From Ptychomitrium polyphyllum (Eukaryota): a DNA stretch of 64,000 nucleotides. The stretch spans positions 12,586,001-12,650,000 of the forward strand of contig OZ316776.1 in assembly GCA_973851085.1 (NCBI GenBank). Reading direction: 5' to 3'. Below are positions 25,450 to 40,000 of this stretch, piece by piece. The translations under genes were made by a program, and so were the position numbers. The notes under the pieces are model-generated. The model made no database searches, was not told the DNA's origin, and worked only from the letters and a program-made list of their open reading frames with translations. Every line of letters starts with the position of its first letter. Positions within the stretch are counted from its first letter, which is position 1.

Positions 25450-28400
25450 TTATGGAAGGATTACTCTTACTACCAATGATGGGACGAGCTAAGACCCTTT
25501 TTCAGACATTAAAGTGTTTTTAGGTTTAATCTATATTGTATTTAAGACACTTTAGCTTCTTAAGGCACTTTAGCTTTTTAAGAGAACCTCGTAATTAATT
25601 CTCATTTTATTAATGTTTTTTGAAAATCAAATGAATGAAGACTTTGATGAGATTGAATTTCTTTTAATTTTATGAATAAATGTTGTATTTATTGCATGAA
25701 GTTTCAAAGCATCATATCATTGCCACGCATGTCTAATCATTTTTATTAGTTTTTTAATTTAATAGATTTGTCATATTGTTGTTTAAAATTGGAAAGAAAT
25801 CAAAATGCATGGTATGTAGGATTGAAAAAAATTAATAAATGTAAATAGAGTCTAAGACAAAAATTTGACTTTAAAGAAAAAAGATTTTTAAAAATATGCA
25901 AAACTGTTAAAAAAAAATCTATCTTTTAAGTCTAAGCAACTACAATTATTTTTTGTCATGTTGTTAAATTTTCAACAAAAAAATTAATAAAGATACTATT
26001 CACTTATTTCTATTAGATTTGCTTATGAATTAAGAAATCCATTGCAAATTCTTGTCAATGTATGAAGTCTTAGAAATGTTGACATCCAAAGTTTTTAAAA
26101 TATAAATGTGATGATAATTAAATTAAACTATTATGATAAAAATAAGGCATTTATTGAATTTCAATTTGGATTTTTGAAGTATATTCTTTCTTTGAATGTA
26201 AATCATGCAAAAAAATCAAGTGGAAGATGGAATTTTCAAAAAGATAATTACAACATATTATATGTAAATTATAAAATTAATTTGGAATAAATTATTTCAT
26301 ATTTTACATATAGGCTGGTAAATTTTAGCCAACATATATTATAATGTCATTTCTAATAATATTTGACAAAGTTGGTGCAAAAATATCATAATTTTGTCTA
26401 ATATTATTATCCATTCATTTCTTCAATTTGCCATTTTTGCTAAAAAATTAATTTCCAATTTAACATCTTCTTGTAGAATTCTTGGTTTTGATAAATGTGC
26501 TTTAAAGGATATTGGTATAAAATTTTGTTTCTTTATTTACACATTGTGCACTATAAGATTAACAATTCAATAAAAAAAAAAGTAAAAATTATATATTTTT
26601 ATACAATTGATAATTTATGCATTAAATGGATGAATGTACCATAAAGATGTATTATAAAAAACTTTATGGTCCATTAATATGGAATGTATAGTAATGTCAT
26701 ATAGAAAGTGATGTAAAATTCATATATTCTATCATATCTACCAACAAATTACAATATTTTTAAACATGTTTTTAAATGATTGTTTAGAAGCCATTGTAAA
26801 TCAATGCAAAAAATATAATGATGACATAATAATTGAAATAACCCTTTATTTTCACAAAAAGATTAAGTATTTAATATGATATTATTTAATAAATACAAAA
26901 TGTAAAGAATTCTATTACCTTTGAATTCATATTTTAATATTTCAGCTTTATATAATTCATTATTCATATTTTATTTTATTTTAATGTTGAAAGCCTGGAA
27001 AGAAAAAAATTAAAACATGTAGATTCAATAATGAACCATATGTGATATAATTTAGGATATTAAATTATTTGTATTAAAAAAAAAACAATCAATGATTACT
27101 TTTGGCATCTAAAACAAGATTTTTAAAAATAAACAATTCATTTGGTATATTATATTATAATAGATTCAATATTTTTGCAATTCATTGTACAAAAAATGTA
27201 TATTATTTGATTTATTTGTTATAGAAATAAATGAATATCAATATTTTATATTTTTTTGTTTATTTTTAAAAAAACTAAATTTTTCAAACATAATTGAATT
27301 TTATGCAAGAATTAAAAAATACATAATAGTATCAAAAGTTTAATATTATTAATAGACTGGAAACCATTAAAATTTTATTATAAAAAAACACCAAACATGA
27401 AATTTTGAACAATATTAATATAATTTTTATATGCGCAATATTATAATTTTTATATTTTAAATAAAAATCCAAATTAAAATTAATGTATACAATATAATAA
27501 ATTGCTAGTACTCTTATGAAGTTTTATGCTAAAATGACAAATCAAAATTTTTGACGTTTTATTGTAATTATTTGAACATAATTTCATTAATAAAATTTTA
27601 TAATCAAATGATTAAATTGACTTTTTAATTCTATAACATAGATTTATGGATCAATAAGATACTACTTAAGTTTAAAAAAGTTTGTTAAATGACTTGCTCT
27701 TTACTTGTCAATTGCATGAATAGATATTAAATTTGGTATGAATTTTTTTCTCAAAGAATTATAAAATTAAAATCAAATGAAAATATTGCATACTATTGTA
27801 CATCCTTTTAATTTCAAATTTCCATGATATAAGACTTATTTTCTTTTTAGCATTTGCAAAAAATATTGATAATGAATATAATTTCTAACATAATTTACTA
27901 TATAAAATTATAGATGTATTCACTCATTTTAATATTATAATTCATTGTTATTTTCATAAAAAACTAAAATATAATATATTGTTTGTCTTTCTTCTAATCA
28001 AAATAATAATGAAGACATTATTAAAATTAGACAATAATAGAATTTTGACAAAATCACAAAAACAGCAAAAAAAAATGGTTTAAAAAATTTCACTAGGATA
28101 TTACAAAAATTAAAGTCTCATCACATAAGCTTAATTTATAATAAGTCAAATTATTGTGCATTATAGTAAATGAACAAAAAGCAAAAAAAATAAGAGCAAT
28201 CACTTTTGAATGTTTCTTGTGACAAATGGAAGCAAATAAAACTCTCTTTTTATTGATTGTAATTAAAAGGTAAGCATGAATTTGGAAGTTTGTTACATCT
28301 ATTGGTATAATAATAGCCATAACCAAATTATTGTCAAAATCTTAGCAAGAAGACAACACGAGATATTATTATAAGTATCACTATGAGATCACATAAGTAT

Positions 28401-30250
28401 TATATCAATAAAATATAGGTGAAATTTGAATATTTGATAAGTATGTATTAAGTAGTTGATAAAAATAAAGCTTCTAAATTCCATGTTTTGCTATAAGAAA
28501 TTTAGTCCTACTAATTGAAAGAAATCTAAGAGAAAAAAATATAAGATGTTTTGTTGCTATTCCATGGCAACTCTTCTTGTTGCACTTTTTTAGTGCCCAA
28601 TAAAAAAATACATATTTAATTCTTAGTTGGATGAATTGGTATTTTCATTGTTCAATTTGAAATGAAACATTAAGATACGCATTTCAATTCATAAAAATTC
28701 CTACTTTACAATAGGAACCTATGACAAGCAACACAATATATTTTTAATTTTTGCATTGCATTTTAAATGTTAATAGTTGCCACTATTAAGATCTATTTTT
28801 GAACCATATATGTTTTTGGCTTACAAATTGGCATCTTGCTTTTAAGGCTATAATATAATAGAGTCAAGATGAATAAAGAATGTACAAAAAATAAATTCAT
28901 GGCTATTCATGATTCTAAAATTGTCAAATTTAGAAGTAAATTATATAATTAACCAATCCACTATTTAATATCACAAGTTCCAACTTATAATATTGCTTGA
29001 TATTAAAAAATAAAATGTGATTGTTCAATATTTACTATTTAATAATTCTTGCTCATATGCAATAACCTTCATAATGTTAAGTTATTTCATTTAAAAAGTA
29101 AAAGAGAAGTTTGTGAATTATAACAAATATCATCTTTAGAAGCACACATAGCTTTAAAAACCTAACTCAATTACTAACAAATTCAAGAAAAAAACATATA
29201 TAAAATTATTTCTTCAATTCTCATATATGTGACAAATGATTATAGAAATTATTGTATTATCTTTTAATGAAAAAAAGGTTTATATTTTTGGTTTTAGCAT
29301 GAAAAAAAATGCATGAGAATAAAAATGCCGACAAATGTTTAAAGGGATGAGAAACAACTATGATTGACATTTAATTGATTGGATGCAAAAAAGAACAACA
29401 AGGATGCAATGTTAAAGATGTAATACTTTGTTAAAATGTTTAAATCAAAATCAAAATATATAATCTTCATATATGCTAAATTCATAATGTGAAATTGGTT
29501 TAATTGTATTGGACTTATTACAATGTGAAACCATGTAGTCTTTTAAAAAATGATGTAAGTACAAATGCATGATGTTTTGTTAAACTTAGATTGTTTTATT
29601 AACTATATTTTATTATTATTGATTTTATCAAAACATTTGAAATAAAACTAAAATTTATAGATAAAACATTGAATTTAAAGAAAAAACTAAATATATAATA
29701 GAAGATTAAAAGTTTGGACAACAAAAGATAATTTCTTAATAAGATATGTAGTTGAAGTTGCTTATTTAGAGATACACTCTATAAATATAAATATAAACAT
29801 AAATATATTAGAGTTAAATTAATTTTGAAGTTTTTGAAACTTCATACCATTTAAATACTTATTTATTTATTATTGTGTGTATTGTTATCATGTGGCTTAT
29901 AATTGTATATAATATTGTATAATTACTGGTATAAAATTTTATTAATAAGTTAAGCATTAAAAATTAAAGCTATTCATACTATTTTAAAAAACACACAAAC
30001 TATAAATATTCTTCATCTTTTACAATATATTTTGATACAATTTAACATTATTACTTTGTTTAGTAAATTTTAGTGCAATTTAAAATAAAATAATATAAAA
30101 TAAAAAAACCAAACCCAATCATTTAAATTTGATATTAAAATACGTTAAAGTTTTTGATATCAAAAAATGTTAATATATTTTAGTAGAATAAAGAAAATGA
30201 TACTTTCATGAATACACAATTTTTTTAAATTTTAATATTGAAAAAAAAAG
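25450..30250. other. Extremely AT-rich, CpG-poor intergenic block, probably decayed repeat/TE DNA
   Basis: Visibly very low GC, almost no CpG, no credible ORFs, and sharp boundaries with GC-rich promoter-like regions on both sides. Confidence 0.55.
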
Positions 30251-31014
30251 AAGCAGTCCCACCTTGTAATAGAGCGTGACAGTTTCTCATGCTCAAACCA
30301 TAATTCAATTCTCAATGGTTCACCGACCATCCAATAGCAAAAAGTCCAAGACACGAACCGGACCGACCAACAAACGTCACCAGCACGGCCACCCCACCAC
30401 TCTCACCCCGACCACGCCTCCTACCAATCTTCCCTATTGCCGTCTGCCAATAAGCCGTTCTACATCGTCCAGTAGTTATCACTTTATCGTTCAAAGATTA
30501 TCTCTTTATCGTCCAACATTCGTCCACAAATGGACGATCCTAGCACATGACCGCGACGAGGAACGATGCTCCAGCTGTGGGGCGTCCGTCTCGGTCTTCC
30601 GGAGCCGGTGGTAGGCTTCCTTTCCTTTCTGCCTCCGCTGCCTCGGTCCCTCACTTCGTTCACTGGCCCATTTCACTGCACTGGCCGATGCGGGCGCTGC
30701 GGTGCTACGAGCCATCTTGTCACGGGGCGACGACTCGGCCCCTTCGCTGTGGCCCATTGCTGGCGCAGAGTTACGGCTGTGCTCGTTCTTGCAGGGGGCT
30801 CTAGGAAGCGGGGCGGAGCGCCGGGAGCCAGCGGAGGATTGCGGGGAGGTGGATTGCGGGGCGTCGTGCGGGAAGGGGGAAGGAGCTGCGCGGGGGGTGG
30901 GCGAGGAGCCGGGCTTCGTGGATCGGCCCATCGCCCGGTCGGGATTCCGCTCTGCCGGGGGCGATGCCGGTGTGGATGATTTGATCGCAGGCGGGGAGTT
31001 CGCGTGGCGCCGTC

Positions 31015-34000
31015 ATGGTGAGTGATGGAGGACTGGAGTGGATTTCCGGGGCCGGGCGTGCTTAGGGTTGAATGCTGCGGAGGGCGCGGATCGGGCGCCC
31101 TCTGTTGGACGGAGTCGTTTCGTTTAGGTTGCCGCTGTATTTGGCTGCGTTGTGTGTTGATGCGGACGGGCAGTGGCCGGGTGTTTGGTCGCGTGTGATC
31201 TCTCTCGGTGGCGCTGCCGCGGGGGGCGTTGCGTCGCTCGAGGGGGTGGAATTTGGGGCGTACGAGGTGCTCTAATGCCAGCGTCATGACCTAATGGACG
31301 GGCGCGACTGTGTGCGGTTTGGATTGGAGTTTGTTTGCGGTGGCAGGGATTGGAGATGCGGTCGCTAGTGTGGCAAGTAGCGTAGGTGAATCGCAATGTG
31401 GCTCCGTGCTTTGGAGATTCCTGGTTCTTACGCGAGATGGTTTACTTTTTGGTGCACATTTTTGAAGGAATGAGCTTGGCCGAGTCGATGCAGCTCTTCG
31501 TTGCGTATTCGGTTTGTTTGTGTGATATCGCCTTCAGATTTGAATGGGCGGTGGACTTTAGGATAGAGCGCACGGCCTGATTACGCCGTGCTGCACACAG
31601 CTCTCCCCCTGTTATCTGGCTCTTGGTACCTCGGTGAATTGGTGACAGCTATTCTGTGAACCGAGAGACACAAGCTCGTTGAGCTTTCGCGACGATTGGC
31701 GAGGTCTGTGATTTTCGGATATGGAGCTGGGCATTGGTAACGTGCGGTGAGAATTTTCTTGATCGCCATGCTCAAACCAAAATCAGCTTCTCTGGGAGCT
31801 CGCAATGCAAATGGACTGGATTTTCGAACGCCATCGTTGTAGATCCCTTTGATCAGTAGGAGCTGAGGAGTTATTACGTTGAGGAGCCAGTGGTTCTGTT
31901 ATGCTGATCCCGCACAGTTAGTTGGACACCGGGGCGTTTGTGTGAAGGGTTTTTTTCCTTGAGCCTCTCTGTGCCCTGTTCTAGCCTTGGCTCCTATCAC
32001 GTGTAATAATAGCGGTCGAGTCTCAGATCGGAGACGTGAGGCACGTGAACGCTCCTTGGTTGTCGATATTTTACGTTGTCATATCCCAATACTTCCCCCC
32101 CGTATTTTCCGCTCAGACCGGTGGGGTTCCAGGCCGTGATTACTTATCTGGGCGTAGGACTATCTGCTTGGAGCTCTGTCCATGTATGGCATTTGATGGA
32201 CTCCGCCATCCTCTTCGTTTTATGGTCATAACCTTTGCTACCAATGGGCACGCTCTCGTGTGGGAGTGTTTCTGAACGCGGACCTCTTATGCTGGTTTTG
32301 TGCAGGCGGCAACAGGTAATGTGGCGATTGGGGCCCAGGTCTGGGTGGAGGACCCGGATTTGGCCTGGGCGGAAGGAGAGGCCCTCGAGATCAATGACAA
32401 GAAAGTCACGGTCCGCACCAGCAAGGGAAACGAGGTAAATGCAGTACCGCTTGAAACTGGTGATCATCCAGCTTAGTGGGTGTCAAGATACTCTTTGTTC
32501 GTCTTTTCTTCAGCATGCATGGACATAGGGCTCGACCAAGGCCTCAGCAGGTTTGGATACTTGAGAAGTAGCCGGAGCAATCGTGCGTTGGTTGATGCTT
32601 AGGCAAGTGACAGAGCGCATACTTGCGAAATCCCTCGATCGTTGTGTCCCGTTCGTCAGTGCCTTTGGCGCGTCATAGGCCATATCGATGTCTTTCCTGT
32701 GAGACGACACTCCACATCAGCATCCACGCAGTAGAGTGTTCATAAGTGATGTACATGATGTTCTTACAGGTCTATAAATTTGTGTCACTGTCTCCGATGC
32801 AGGTCACAACGAGCATATCAAGTATTCATGCCAAGGACCCAGATGCACAGCCTGGTGGTGTGGACGACATGACGAAGTTGGCATATCTGCATGAGCCAGG
32901 AGTGTTGTACAACCTTGCAAGTAGATATGAACTGGATGAGATCTACGTGAGTTTTTCAAACGACCCTGACTTGCATCCTGGTTACTCGTTTCTCTTGTGG
33001 CCGTATACTGGAAGAGCTGGCAGACTCGGTGTTGAACAATATTTGCTGGTGGTGGATGGCAGACATACACCGGGAATATCTTGATTGCGATCAATCCCTT
33101 CGTGAAGCTGCCGCACTTGTACAATAGCCATATGATGGAGCAATATAGGGGGGCACCACTTGGAGAGCTCAGCCCTCATGTCTTTGCAGTGGCGGATGCT
33201 TCATACAGGTATATCTACCTTACCTCCAAAACAGAGAAGCGTACAGTGATGCGTGTTTATTGGCACGGGTTTGGTGCACGATAAGCACACGATGTGCGCA
33301 TGCTCACTCTTGGCTGATGATTTTCCCTCGTTTACATACAGTACGGCCACTTCTGTGAGTGCTGGTCACCAGTTATTCGGTCCAGGTGACGAGTTGAAGT
33401 TGCATGCAGATTGAAAGAGCTGTAATGCGCTGTAAAGCGACGAATTGTTGATGAATGGTAGTCTTGTTGTGTAGGACCGTGAAGCTTGCACCTAACTCCG
33501 AGAGCCTGTGTTGTACTGCAGAGCAATGATCAATGAGAAGAGGAGTCAATCTATACTGGTGAGTGGAGAGAGTGGAGCTGGAAAGACAGAGACAACCAAG
33601 TTGATCATGCAGTATTTGGCTTACATGGGTGGCCGAGCCAACACCGATGGGCGAACTGTTGAGCAACAAGTTCTTGAGGTGCGTTCTCTTTCACCTCCTT
33701 CGATGTGCTTCACGAATCTGCAATGCTGAGATGTCGACTTCGAGAATCTCCCCTGATTTGTGATCCTCATTTGTCGAGCATCCTTCGGGGTTTTCATCGT
33801 TTCACCGTGTCTGACATCCAGTACGTCACGGTGATCAGTTGGGATTTGCACCTCTGGCTTTCTTCGTTTCGAACAAGACTACTACTTGCGTCGGTCGAAG
33901 CAATCCAGTCTGAATTGAGAATTATAATGAGTGCAGTCCAGAAGTACAATGAGGACCATGAGTTCATGAATGGGTTGCCGCTTCATGTAAGCGAGCACGA

Positions 34001-37000
34001 TGGTTGCAATCGGGATGTCCATAAACATTTGACGCTCATAATGGAAAGTCACGCATGGCATGTTTGCAGATGTAAGTTAAACTGGGAGATTTAAGTAATG
34101 AAAGCAAATCCGTCACTGGTCACGTCTAGGGAAGATCCTTTTGTTTGTGCTTGAAATGAGCTTGAGAAGGTGCAACCCTTATCTCAGCAGATTCAAGAAA
34201 GGATAGATGAAAGCAAATCCACGAAAGAGAAAAGGCGTAAAAATCTATCAAACTTCTGGAAGAGAGGTGAAAAGATAAGGTCCCTGCAGAAAGGTCCGAA
34301 GGAAAAGGCATTTGTTATCGAGAAAGTACATCAGTTGTACACAGTTGAGGGCCTACCTGCTCCTTTGCATAATGTTGAACGAACATAAGAATAACTATGG
34401 TAACTCCGACACAAGAATCTAGTGTGTAGCACTGTGGTAAGAACACATGAGGCTTAGGCGCAATGGAGGCAGAGGAGGGCGATACTCCTGTACTCACATG
34501 ATGCTCTCTGGTTTGTTCGATGTGCAGTCCAATCCGCTTCTGGAAGCTTTCGGAAATGCCAAGACAGTTCGCAACGACAACTCGAGGTACGTTGAGTTTT
34601 CTGTGTGCACTTGGCAGGCACAGTCCTGCAGCCTCGTACGATTGTCGTGTGCTGGTACCCGGGGATTAGCTGGATATCCGAAGCAGACAGCTACTAATTC
34701 TGCTGTTGTGTGGGCATCAGCCGATTCGGTAAGTTCGTGGAGATCCAGTTCGATAGGAGTGGCCGAATATCTGGCGCTGCTGTGCGTACGTACTTGCTGG
34801 AGAGATCTCGAGTTGTGCAAATTGCAGACCCTGAAAGAAATTACCACTGCTTTTACCAGCTGTGTGCGTCACCAGAGGTACAAGTCATACCCACGTGAAG
34901 ATTGGACATCCTGTTCGGTGTGGTATGTGCGGTGGATCGTTACGTAGTCCGTGCTTGTTCTCAGGCAAGCAGGGACGCGAGCGACGTGATCCAAGCACAC
35001 GAGACCCACGTGCAGTAGGGGGATGGGAGTGACCATGGAAGAGTCGTTAAGTTCGACAGTGCATTGGAGGCACTGTGTCTTTCTTCAATGTTGGACTAGG
35101 TTTTGCTGACCGAATAGTTGTTTTTTCAGGATTGCGAAAGATACAAGCTGGGGGATCCGAAAAGTTTTCATTACTTGAATCAAAGTGACTGTTTTGAGTT
35201 GAGCGGTGTGAGCAACGGTCGGGAATATGTGAAGACTCGCAGGGCTATGGATGTCGTGGGTATCAACCCAGACGAGCAGGTCTGATGATTTTCTGGCAGA
35301 CCTTAGGTGGCATTTTAGATTCTTTGTTGTGGGCAACTGTAACCAAGTGGCCCTAAACATTTGCCAGTGTTCCATAGTCGATCGCAAGTCATGTGCCACA
35401 GTCAGTATGTCTCTCCATCCTGTAAATCTTGCTGTTCTCATTTCACTTCCATCGAGTTCTCGTGCTGATTCGATGTGTTCCGACGTCTTGTGCTCCAGGA
35501 AGCCATTTTTCGGGTAGTAGCATCAGTGCTACATTTGGGAAATATCGACTTTGTCGCAGGGCCAGATTCCGACTCATCGGAGCTCAAAGATGAGAAGTCC
35601 AAGTTCCATCTGGAGGCTGCTGCAGAGCTGCTCCAGTGAGTCCCACGTCACACACACGTTTCTCCCTCCCTCGCAAGCCATGATTTATACCACTTTGTTA
35701 GGAAGATGTCTTGGCGCTAGAACTCCGGATTCCTGTGTAACATTTTTCTGTTGTCGATGGCTTACGCAGGTCTAAATCATGTTAGTATGGTACCTTACTG
35801 GCTGTCTGTTCTCTTTCTGGTAGATGTGAACCGAAGGGGCTGTTGGATTCACTGTGTACCCGAGTCCTCGTTACACGGGATGGGAATATCACAATGACTT
35901 TGAATGTGGATCAAGCCACCGTTAACCGCGACACCTTGGCGAAGACGATCTACTCTCGCCTGTTTGACTGGTAAAGCTCGTGCCGATCTTTTGGTGAATG
36001 GCTGGGGATGATCTTTGAAGGCTGTGGATTTGTGACCGTGTATTTCGTTCTGTTTCCTGCAGAAGTTGAACTTGATGACTCTATGTAGCGTTGTGGTTCG
36101 CTTGTTTCAGGCTCGTAGACAAAGTAAACAGATCCATCGGCCAAGATCCGGATTCACCATTTCTTGTCGGTGTGTTAGATATTTATGGCTTTGAAAGCTT
36201 CAAGTTCAACAGGTAAGGCCCGACTTTCGTCTTAGGGATTAATCGTCTTCCAACGTTCGCGTCTTCTGGACATAGTTTCTGGTATAGGCGCATTTCAACG
36301 CAGTTAACAGCTCTTGGGTGAAAATCCTGGCTGTTTTGAGGGCGTTGTTTTTATTTTAGCGGTCCACCTCAGGCCCCTGCAGCTTAAGTGCCGTTTGTCA
36401 TGCTGCAGTTTTGAACAATTCTGTATAAATTTGGCCAATGAGAAGCTTCAGCAGCATTTTAACCAGGTCAGCTTTTCCCAAATTTCTGTGAACCTCTATG
36501 GTTGGAGGTGTGAATTTCTGCTGTTTAGTGTGTTCCACGAGGAATTCAGGTGTTGCCATCTTGTTCCTTGCGAGTCTGATCAACAGACGAATCTGATCAA
36601 CATCCGCGAGTGTACAGAAGGGATACTAATATAGCGTTTGCGTTGAAAGCACAGCATGTTTTCAAGATGGAGCAGGACGAGTACACCAAGGAGGCCATCA
36701 ACTGGAGCTACATTGAGTTCGTTGACAACCAAGATGTTTTGGATCTCATAGAGAAGGTTTCCTTCTTGTCCTTTGCACTCTAGCTTTTAGGATGTGCTTA
36801 TGCAAGTTGGCAGTTGCAGATGCAGTGAGCGAGTACCTTCTTGACGAAGAGACCCGTTGTTATGCAAATGCAGTGTCTGTCTTTAGCTTGTGAACTTCCG
36901 GTTGGAATCTGAAGGCAGACGTGGATCTGACGTTTTGCCAACGGCTCTTTGTTGTGCAGAAACCTTCTGGCATCATTGCTCTCCTTGACGAAGCTTGGTA

Positions 37001-40000
37001 TGCGTCACAGCATGTTCGACATCACTGTTTTTGCTGAATCACTTTTTGAATATGGAAGCCAAGCACTGCAATGAGGAATGGGTGAGGTCTTCAGGGATCT
37101 GAGGGGTTGTGCTTTTGATCTTGCAGCATGTTTCCTAAGTCTACAAATGAGACGTTTGCGACGAAGCTGTTCCAGCAGTACAGGAACCATAAGCGTTTAA
37201 GCAAGCCAAAGCTTGCTCGCACTGACTTCACGATAAATCATTATGCTGGGGATGTGAGCACCGGACTCTCTTGTCCCTGATTTGCTGATATGGCTGATTG
37301 GTCAATGTCTCCTCAAGGTCGAGTTTGTTTTTCTGCTTCTACCAGTTCCTTCATTGGGATGCAGAGGCGTTTCGGTAGAGCATTCGCTGTCAGTACGTTT
37401 CCGGGCACTGACAACATACTCTTACGACTTGGCAGGTTACGTATCAGACCGAATTGTTTCTGGATAAGAACAAAGATTATGTCGTTGCTGAGCATCAGTC
37501 GTTGTTGGGATCTTCTGCCTGCCCTTTTGTCGCGAGCCTCTTCCCGAAGTCTGCTGATGAAGGCTCGAAGTCTTCATACAAGTTCTCTTCTATCGGTACT
37601 CGTTTCAAGGTTGGCAAAGATAGTCTTCCTGGATGGCTAGCATTTTCTGATCTCACGATTGGGCAGATCCTTAAAGCTGTGGTTTATCGGTGTAATGATG
37701 TATGTAAATGCTCACATACTGTGAGCATGCAGTTGATGTTTGGAATCATGCGTCTCTTCTTGACGGATCACCCCCATGTAGATACCTGGGTCTGCAAGTT
37801 AGGTTCCGTTATACTGACTGCCGAGCGAATGTGCAGCAACAACTGGGAGCGTTGATGGACACCCTGAGCACAACGGAGCCACACTACATTCGTTGTGTGA
37901 AGCCCAATATGCTGAACAAGCCTGGTCGCTTTGAGAACCAGAACGTCATCCAGCAGCTTCGATGTGGAGTGAGTTTGATTTCCTTTTGGCGGGTTCCTTT
38001 GTTTGGCTTTGGCTTCGTTCTGTGCAGATTTCGATTTTCACAGGCGGCGCAGGTCCGTTGATGCAGTCATGATGGATGTGGCTCGACCTTGTGTAGGGAG
38101 TCTTGGAGGCAATCAGGATCAGCTGTGCAGGGTACCCTACCCGGCGCACATTTTACGAGTTTCTCGACCGCTTTGGGATGCTGGCACCGGAGGTTCTGGA
38201 GGGCAAGTAAGTACTTGGATTCTTGAAAGTGTTACGTAGTTGCCAGTTGATGAGCTTTGGATACCAAGCTGACGATACGGTTTTACTTGGCTCTAGGCGA
38301 GGATAGTGTGAGGCCAGCGTTTTGAAGACATGGAGGCCTAATTTGTTCTGATGCGTTGGCGTCTTGTTGTGCTAGTTATGACGAGAAGATGGCAGCAGAG
38401 ACACTTCTGACAAAAATGAACCTGAAGAATTATCAGGTGCATAGCTTCGTCCGTCACCTCTGCTGCTTGTACAATACATGGATGGGAGTTTGATATCGTT
38501 GCTATCATTCTGCAAGGAGTCAAACGCAAGGTGCTCTGGGTAGACTCTGATTTACGATCTATGGCTGTTGGATTGGGTGGATTCAGTTGGGTCAAACAAA
38601 GGTGTTTTTGCGGTCTGGCCAAATGGCTGAACTTGATGCCAAGAGAGCTGAGATGTTGAACAACGCAGCAAGGACGATCCAGAGACAAGTCCGAACCTTC
38701 CTGGCAAGAAGGCATTTGATTGCCATGCGGAGGGCGGTAGTTACGATACAGAAATACTGGCGAGGTATGGGTTGCAGTCACGATGCAGATACACTGGCGA
38801 GGTTCCGAGACGGAGATAGATACTTCGAACTCGGTGAATCTCTGGGATATGGTACTTCCAGGTCTTTGATGCGTGAGTCGTTCCTCAGCTGTTGTGTGTC
38901 TGCCGTGTGTCTGTGCAGGGAGTCTTGCTCGAAAGCGGTATGCACGGCTGCGTCAAGAAGCTGCAGCAATATATATCCAGAAGAATGTTCGGATGTGGCT
39001 CGCTCGGAAGAAGTTCATGGAGATGAAAGACGCTGCTGTGAAGATACAAGCTGGATTCCGAGGAATGGCAGCTCGCAAGGAGTACCGATTAAGAAGACAG
39101 ACCAAGGCTGCCACCCTCATTCAGGTACGGGAGCTGTCTGCTTCAAGAGCAGTCTACAAGATCTTGTTGCATTGTTTTTATTAGGAACGGTGCAGTGACT
39201 GATGATGGCCGCATTCAACTGGTCCTTTAGCGTAGTAGCTGGTTCTGTACAGACTGGACTTGTGGTGTCATGGTTGATCTGGTGCTGCCTTGCACAGGCG
39301 CGGTGGCGTGGATACAAGGCACGATCACAATACAAGAAGTGCCGAAAGAGTGCTATCACGATTCAGTGCGCTTGGCGGGGAAGGGTGGCCAGAAATGAAC
39401 TCAAGAAGCTCAAACATGTAAAGAGCCAGCATCACTGTCATTGACATTGCTTGCAAGAGAACATTATGTTGGTGTACGCTAGTTGCTTTTTTGGCCTGTA
39501 GAGACAGTGGTTTTCAGTTCCCTAGTAGTGCGGTTTTTGTGATTTTGTTGCATATCATGCAACCATCAGGTCCAGCAGAAAGTAGCTGCTTCTCACATCT
39601 CGACGAATGATGTACGTCCCGTTGCTTTTCTCGGTGACGTCCGTGTCGAATGATGCTTTTGGGACGTTTTTCCCGAACTTGTTTTGTGGTTTGTGTAGGC
39701 TGCAAAGGAAACTGGGGCATTGCAAGAAGCGAAAACGAAGCTGGAGAAGAGATGCGAGGAGCTCACGTGGCGTCTGCAACTCGAGAAACGCATGCGGGTA
39801 TGTCTGTGCACATTGTTGGTGGAGGCTCTTTGGTTGGGAGCTCAACTGTGTGTGCGCATTGACAAATCGAGTTCTATGTGTGGACCCTTGGGATTCCTTA
39901 GCTCCTTGTTTGTCTGGTTTTTCTGAGAATTGTGAAGCGGAACACGAAAGTGGTGGGAGGGCAGAAAGTACGTAGCGATGTCAGTGGGCATCCATGCTAA

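Noticed and set aside
30276..31396. Many overlapping ORFs
   Set aside because: GC-rich myosin XI promoter, 5'UTR and first intron; no coherent protein.
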